The notes under the pieces were generated by a model. It had not been told where the DNA came from, did no database searches, and was given only the letters and a program-made list of their open reading frames with translations. Shown piece by piece: positions 60,439 to 64,000 of a stretch of DNA of 64,000 nucleotides. Position 1 is the first letter of the stretch. Every line of letters starts with the position of its first letter. The DNA is from Chthoniobacterales bacterium. Its GTDB lineage: Bacteria; Verrucomicrobiota; Verrucomicrobiia; Chthoniobacterales; Chthoniobacteraceae. The stretch lies in assembly GCA_038207335.1 (NCBI GenBank), contig JBBQZX010000001.1, forward strand, positions 320,001 through 384,000, read 5' to 3'. Position numbers and translations under genes: made by a program.

Positions 60439-61308
60439 TCACACCATCCGCGCCAAATCCTTTGGCAGCGGTGACTCGAAGAGCATCTCCGCGCCGGTCG
60501 CCGGGTGCTTAAAGCGCAGCTTGCAAGCATGCAGTGCGAGGCGTTTCGCTGGGTCGCTTTTCGCTCCGTATTTTTTGTCGCCGACGACTGGGCAGCCTGC
60601 ATCTGCGAGCTGCACGCGGATTTGATGGCGGCGGCCTGTGTCGAGTGTCAGCTGGACGAGGGAGCGCTGATGTTTCCGTGCTAGCACGCGATATTTCGTG
60701 ATCGCCCGACGCGTCTCCTCACTCGGCGGCGCGCTGAAAACGCGCAGCACATTTGCCTCGTTCAAGTGAGAATCGAACACGCCGCTCTCGCTCGGCGGCG
60801 CGCCTTCGACGATCGCCTCGTAGCGTTTCTCCACGTCCGTCCAACCGGCGGCGAGCGTCTCTTTCATCTTCGCTGATTTCGCAAAAACCATGAGTCCCGA
60901 CGTCTCGCGATCGAGCCGATGCACGATCCACACGCGATCCCGCGCGCGCTCGTCGCCGCCCCGCAGATATTCGGTGAGCTGAAAATACGCGGTCCGCTCC
61001 TGCTCCGAATCCGTCGCCATCGTCAGCAGTCCCTCCGGCTTCTCGACTACGATCACGCTCGCGTCCTCGAAATAAATCTTCATCCCGCCGCCGAGCACGG
61101 CCTTTGGTTTCGCCGACGGGCCGGTGCGAATCGCGACGGTGTCTCCAGCACGCAACGCGTGATCGAATTGCGTGATCGCGCGTCCATTCACCATCACCGC
61201 CTGATGTTTCAACCACGTCCGAACCTGCTTTTTCTTCACCTCCGGCCATTGGGAGAAAAGGAACGAGAGCAATTCCGCGGGCGCTTCCACGGTGCATGAT
61301 TTTGACAT
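60439..61308 (-). CDS. RluA-family RNA pseudouridine synthase
   Basis: KPEGL, VHRLDRETSG, TGRRHQIRV, GDKKYG, LALHA. Confidence 0.94.
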   Translation of the reverse strand: MSKSCTVEAPAELLSFLFSQWPEVKKKQVRTWLKHQAVMVNGRAITQFDHALRAGDTVAIRTGPSAKPKAVLGGGMKIYFEDASVIVVEKPEGLLTMATDSEQERTAYFQLTEYLRGGDERARDRVWIVHRLDRETSGLMVFAKSAKMKETLAAGWTDVEKRYEAIVEGAPPSESGVFDSHLNEANVLRVFSAPPSEETRRAITKYRVLARKHQRSLVQLTLDTGRRHQIRVQLADAGCPVVGDKKYGAKSDPAKRLALHACKLRFKHPATGAEMLFESPLPKDLARMV

Positions 61309-61412
61309 GCCGCAGTCTATCTGGGGAGCGCGTCCGCACGCCTGACAAATTTTTTACAAACTCCGTATGCGGCTCTGACACATGATCCGCGGGCGGCGCG
61401 TAGTTTCGCAGC

Positions 61413-62741
61413 ATGAAGAAAACATCCCTTCTCGTGTTGTTGCTCTCCGGCCTCGCCGCGGGAGCGTCCATCGCCGCGCCCGACTCGCTCACGCTCCGCG
61501 TGTCGCCCGAGCGCGACCTAATCTACAACGGCGGCTCGCGAGAGGCGCTCGTGCAAATCGAACTCGAGGGCCGTCGACCAGTGCACGTGCAGCGCGCGCC
61601 GATGAATCTCGCGCTCGTGCTCGACCGCAGCGGCTCGATGTCCGGCGCGAAGATCGAGAAGGCGCGGCAGGCGGCGTGCGTGGCGATCGATCAGCTCGAT
61701 GAAAATGATGTCGTCTCGCTGATCATTTACGACAACCGCGCCGAGGTGCTCATCCCGCCGCAACGCATCGAGTCGCGGCACGAACGCGATGCGCTGAAGC
61801 GCCGAATCCAGGGCATCCAGCCCGGCGGCGGCACGGCCATTTTCGACGGGGTGAAACTCGGTGCGAATGCGCTCCGCAAGCACTTCGACCGGGAGCGCGT
61901 GAACCGCGTCGTCCTCATGTCCGACGGGCTCGCGAATGTCGGCCCCAGCCGCGTCTCCGACCTCGCCGGGCTCGGTCGCGAGCTGCGCGAAGACGGGATG
62001 AGCGTCACGACGATCGGTCTCGGCGACGATTACAACGAAGACCTGATGACCGCGCTCGCGGAGGCCAGCCACGCCAATTATTACTACGTTCAGGATGCGG
62101 AAAAGCTGCCCGGCATCTTCTCGGAGGAGCTCGGCGCGGCGCGCACGGTGCTCGCCCGCGGCGTCACGATTCGGATCACCGTGCCGGACGGCGTGCGGCT
62201 GCGTGAAATTCTCGGCCACCCGGAGATCAAGTGCCAGGGCCAATCCGCGGAGATCACACTGCCGGAGTATTTCGGCTCGGATCATCGGCGCTTCCTCGCA
62301 CGTTGCGTAGTAGAGGAGTCGCGCAAGGAGCCTCTGGAGTTTGCATCGGTCGCGCTCCGGTATGAAGATGCGAAGAGTGGAAAGTCGGAAAATCAGAGCC
62401 AGACGGCGCGGGTGAAATTCACCGATGAGCGGGACAAGTCCGACCAGAGTCTGCGCGGCGAGGTGGCGCGGGAGGTGTCGGTTTATAAGAATCGCGCGTC
62501 GAAGGAACTCGCGGTGAAACTGGCGGACGAGGGCAAGGCGAAACAGGCGTCGGAGGTGCTGCGGCGTCAGGCGATCGATAACGCAGCGGCACCGGCGGCA
62601 GCGCAGATTCCGCAACTCGAGCAGGAAAATCAGAAGCTTGAAGCGAGCGCGTCGGAGGTGGATTCGCTGGGCACGCTGAGCAAGGCGGGGCGGAAGCAGA
62701 TGCAGAATGAGAACTGGCAGGACAAATATCAGAAGCGGTGA
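61413..62741 (+). CDS. Secreted VWA-domain protein
   Basis: Signal peptide; NLALVLDRSGSMSG, GGTAIF, LMSDGLANVG, TTIGLGDDYNEDLM. Confidence 0.92.
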   Translation: MKKTSLLVLLLSGLAAGASIAAPDSLTLRVSPERDLIYNGGSREALVQIELEGRRPVHVQRAPMNLALVLDRSGSMSGAKIEKARQAACVAIDQLDENDVVSLIIYDNRAEVLIPPQRIESRHERDALKRRIQGIQPGGGTAIFDGVKLGANALRKHFDRERVNRVVLMSDGLANVGPSRVSDLAGLGRELREDGMSVTTIGLGDDYNEDLMTALAEASHANYYYVQDAEKLPGIFSEELGAARTVLARGVTIRITVPDGVRLREILGHPEIKCQGQSAEITLPEYFGSDHRRFLARCVVEESRKEPLEFASVALRYEDAKSGKSENQSQTARVKFTDERDKSDQSLRGEVAREVSVYKNRASKELAVKLADEGKAKQASEVLRRQAIDNAAAPAAAQIPQLEQENQKLEASASEVDSLGTLSKAGRKQMQNENWQDKYQKR

Positions 62742-62756
62742 GTGTGTGCGGCGACC

Positions 62757-62782
62757 GCGCGCGCTCGAACGAGCGCGCGCGT
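62757..62782. other. Perfect GC-rich inverted repeat in the intergenic gap
   Basis: CGCGCGCGCTCG-aa-CGAGCGCGCGCG; no U-tract. Confidence 0.6.
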
Positions 62783-62827
62783 TCCGGCGCTCGCCGCCGC
62801 GGCGATGCGCAGACATGATCCGATTGG

Positions 62828-64000
62828 ATGAAAAAGAGCGTCCTCATCTTTCTCGCAGCGGTGCTTCTGCCGAGCGCGGTGCTCGGGTGGCTCGCGCTGC
62901 GCAATGCGCAGGAGCAGCAGATCATCCTCGAACGACGCACCGCGGAACTCTACCAGAGCGAGACGGAGAATGCGGCTGTGGCGGTGCGCGCGCTGATCGA
63001 CGATGAGCGCCGCGCCTTTGCGGAGGCTGTGCGGACGCTCATCGCCGCGAGACCGGCAGCGGAGGTGGCGAAAAGTTTCACCGCCTCGCTGGCGGATGCG
63101 TGGCCGCGAAAATCGGTCGGTTTTTCGATCGCAGCGGATGGGCGAATCCTGTCGCCGACGACCGCCGCGGCGGCGGGGCACGCGGACTGGCAGCGGTTCC
63201 TTTGGGATCACGGCCCATTCGTTTCCAATAAAATGGTCGTCAGCGTTTTCCCCGTCGCGGTCGATAATTTGAGCTATCCGGAGCCGCTTCGCAAAAAAGC
63301 GCAGGAGTCGCAGAGCGCAGCCGGCATGAAGCAAAGCGCCGCGCCGGAAGTGGAGCGGGATGAGTATTTAAAAAAGGAAATGAGCAGTGCGCCGAAGTCA
63401 AAACAGGCCGCGGACAAGGCAGCTTCCGCGCCCGCGCCCGCGGCGGCTGCGAGCGAGGCGTCGGCGCAGCGGGCTGCGCAACTGCGGAATGTCGCGCCGC
63501 AGCAGATGCTCGCGATGAACGAACGCGCGGCGTGGTCGCAGCTCTCCGTCGCGACGACGGGCTTCCGCGAAATCACCGCCGGGAGCAGCGAAGGGATGGT
63601 CACGCGGTTCGTCGATGACCGGCTAGGGATCCTGCTCTGGATGCGTCCGGAACAAGCGCCAGAGCTGATCTTCGGCTGCCTGATCGATGCGGAGAGCCTG
63701 CGCGATCTGTGGCCCCGCGCGCTGCCGGCGCCCGAGTACGGGAGCGCGCGGGCGGGGCGCCCGGACTACGTGCTCGCGCTGCTCGATGACAAGGCTCGCG
63801 CCGTGGCGACCGAGCCCGCGGGCGCGGCGATGCAGGATTTGAAGCACCCATTCGTCGCGTCAGAAATCGGCGAGGCTCTGCCGCACTGGGAGGCGGCGCT
63901 GTATCTCGCGAGGCCGGATCAATTGCAGTCGGCGGCGCGCGGAGCGCGACGGACGCTGGCGCTGCTCATCTGCGCGGCGCTCGGCGCGATCGGGTGCGGC
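62828..64000 (+). CDS. Probable sensor histidine kinase, N-terminal sensor part (truncated by window end)
   Basis: Translated by hand: MKKSVLIFLAAVLLPSAVLGWLALR (TM1), large extracytoplasmic domain, LPHWEAALY, second TM at the window edge. The kinase domain is not visible, so the product is inferred from architecture. Confidence 0.7.
   Translation, partial: MKKSVLIFLAAVLLPSAVLGWLALRNAQEQQIILERRTAELYQSETENAAVAVRALIDDERRAFAEAVRTLIAARPAAEVAKSFTASLADAWPRKSVGFSIAADGRILSPTTAAAAGHADWQRFLWDHGPFVSNKMVVSVFPVAVDNLSYPEPLRKKAQESQSAAGMKQSAAPEVERDEYLKKEMSSAPKSKQAADKAASAPAPAAAASEASAQRAAQLRNVAPQQMLAMNERAAWSQLSVATTGFREITAGSSEGMVTRFVDDRLGILLWMRPEQAPELIFGCLIDAESLRDLWPRALPAPEYGSARAGRPDYVLALLDDKARAVATEPAGAAMQDLKHPFVASEIGEALPHWEAALYLARPDQLQSAARGARRTLALLICAALGAIGCG

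Overview
GC-rich bacterial chromosomal window, most likely from a PVC-superphylum organism (Verrucomicrobiota, Chthoniobacterales-like). That assignment is inferred from the planctomycete-type cytochrome genes (DUF1592/DUF1552, DUF1549/DUF1553), PQQ-propeller genes and a C-terminal '...FYR' export-type tail. Recognisable content: a truncated TreS-maltokinase fusion, an RsbU-RsbW-B12 radical SAM operon, nfeD-floA, tRNA-Leu(CAA), a LysM protein, a cytochrome/DUF1552/HEAT operon, a 1698-aa SGNH surface protein with four copies of an unnamed ~215-aa module, a 1409-aa internally duplicated membrane protein, a MoxR-DUF58-BatA/BC/D/E operon, NUDIX, SDR, DoxX, DUF853, a sigma-70 factor, transketolase, acpP, NlpC/P60, an RluA-family synthase, a VWA protein and a truncated probable sensor kinase. 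The most unusual features are: (1) two unrelated degenerate 21-bp-period arrays bracketing the 1409-aa gene; (2) a 28.4-35.4 kb stretch of co-oriented, partly pseudogenised genes separated by eroded attC-like sequences (possible relic cassette array); and (3) kilobase-scale C-rich/G-rich skew domains that ignore gene orientation and switch at intergenic relic or repeat loci. No CRISPR array, integrase or transposase was seen. All family assignments come from motif recognition by eye, not from database searches.
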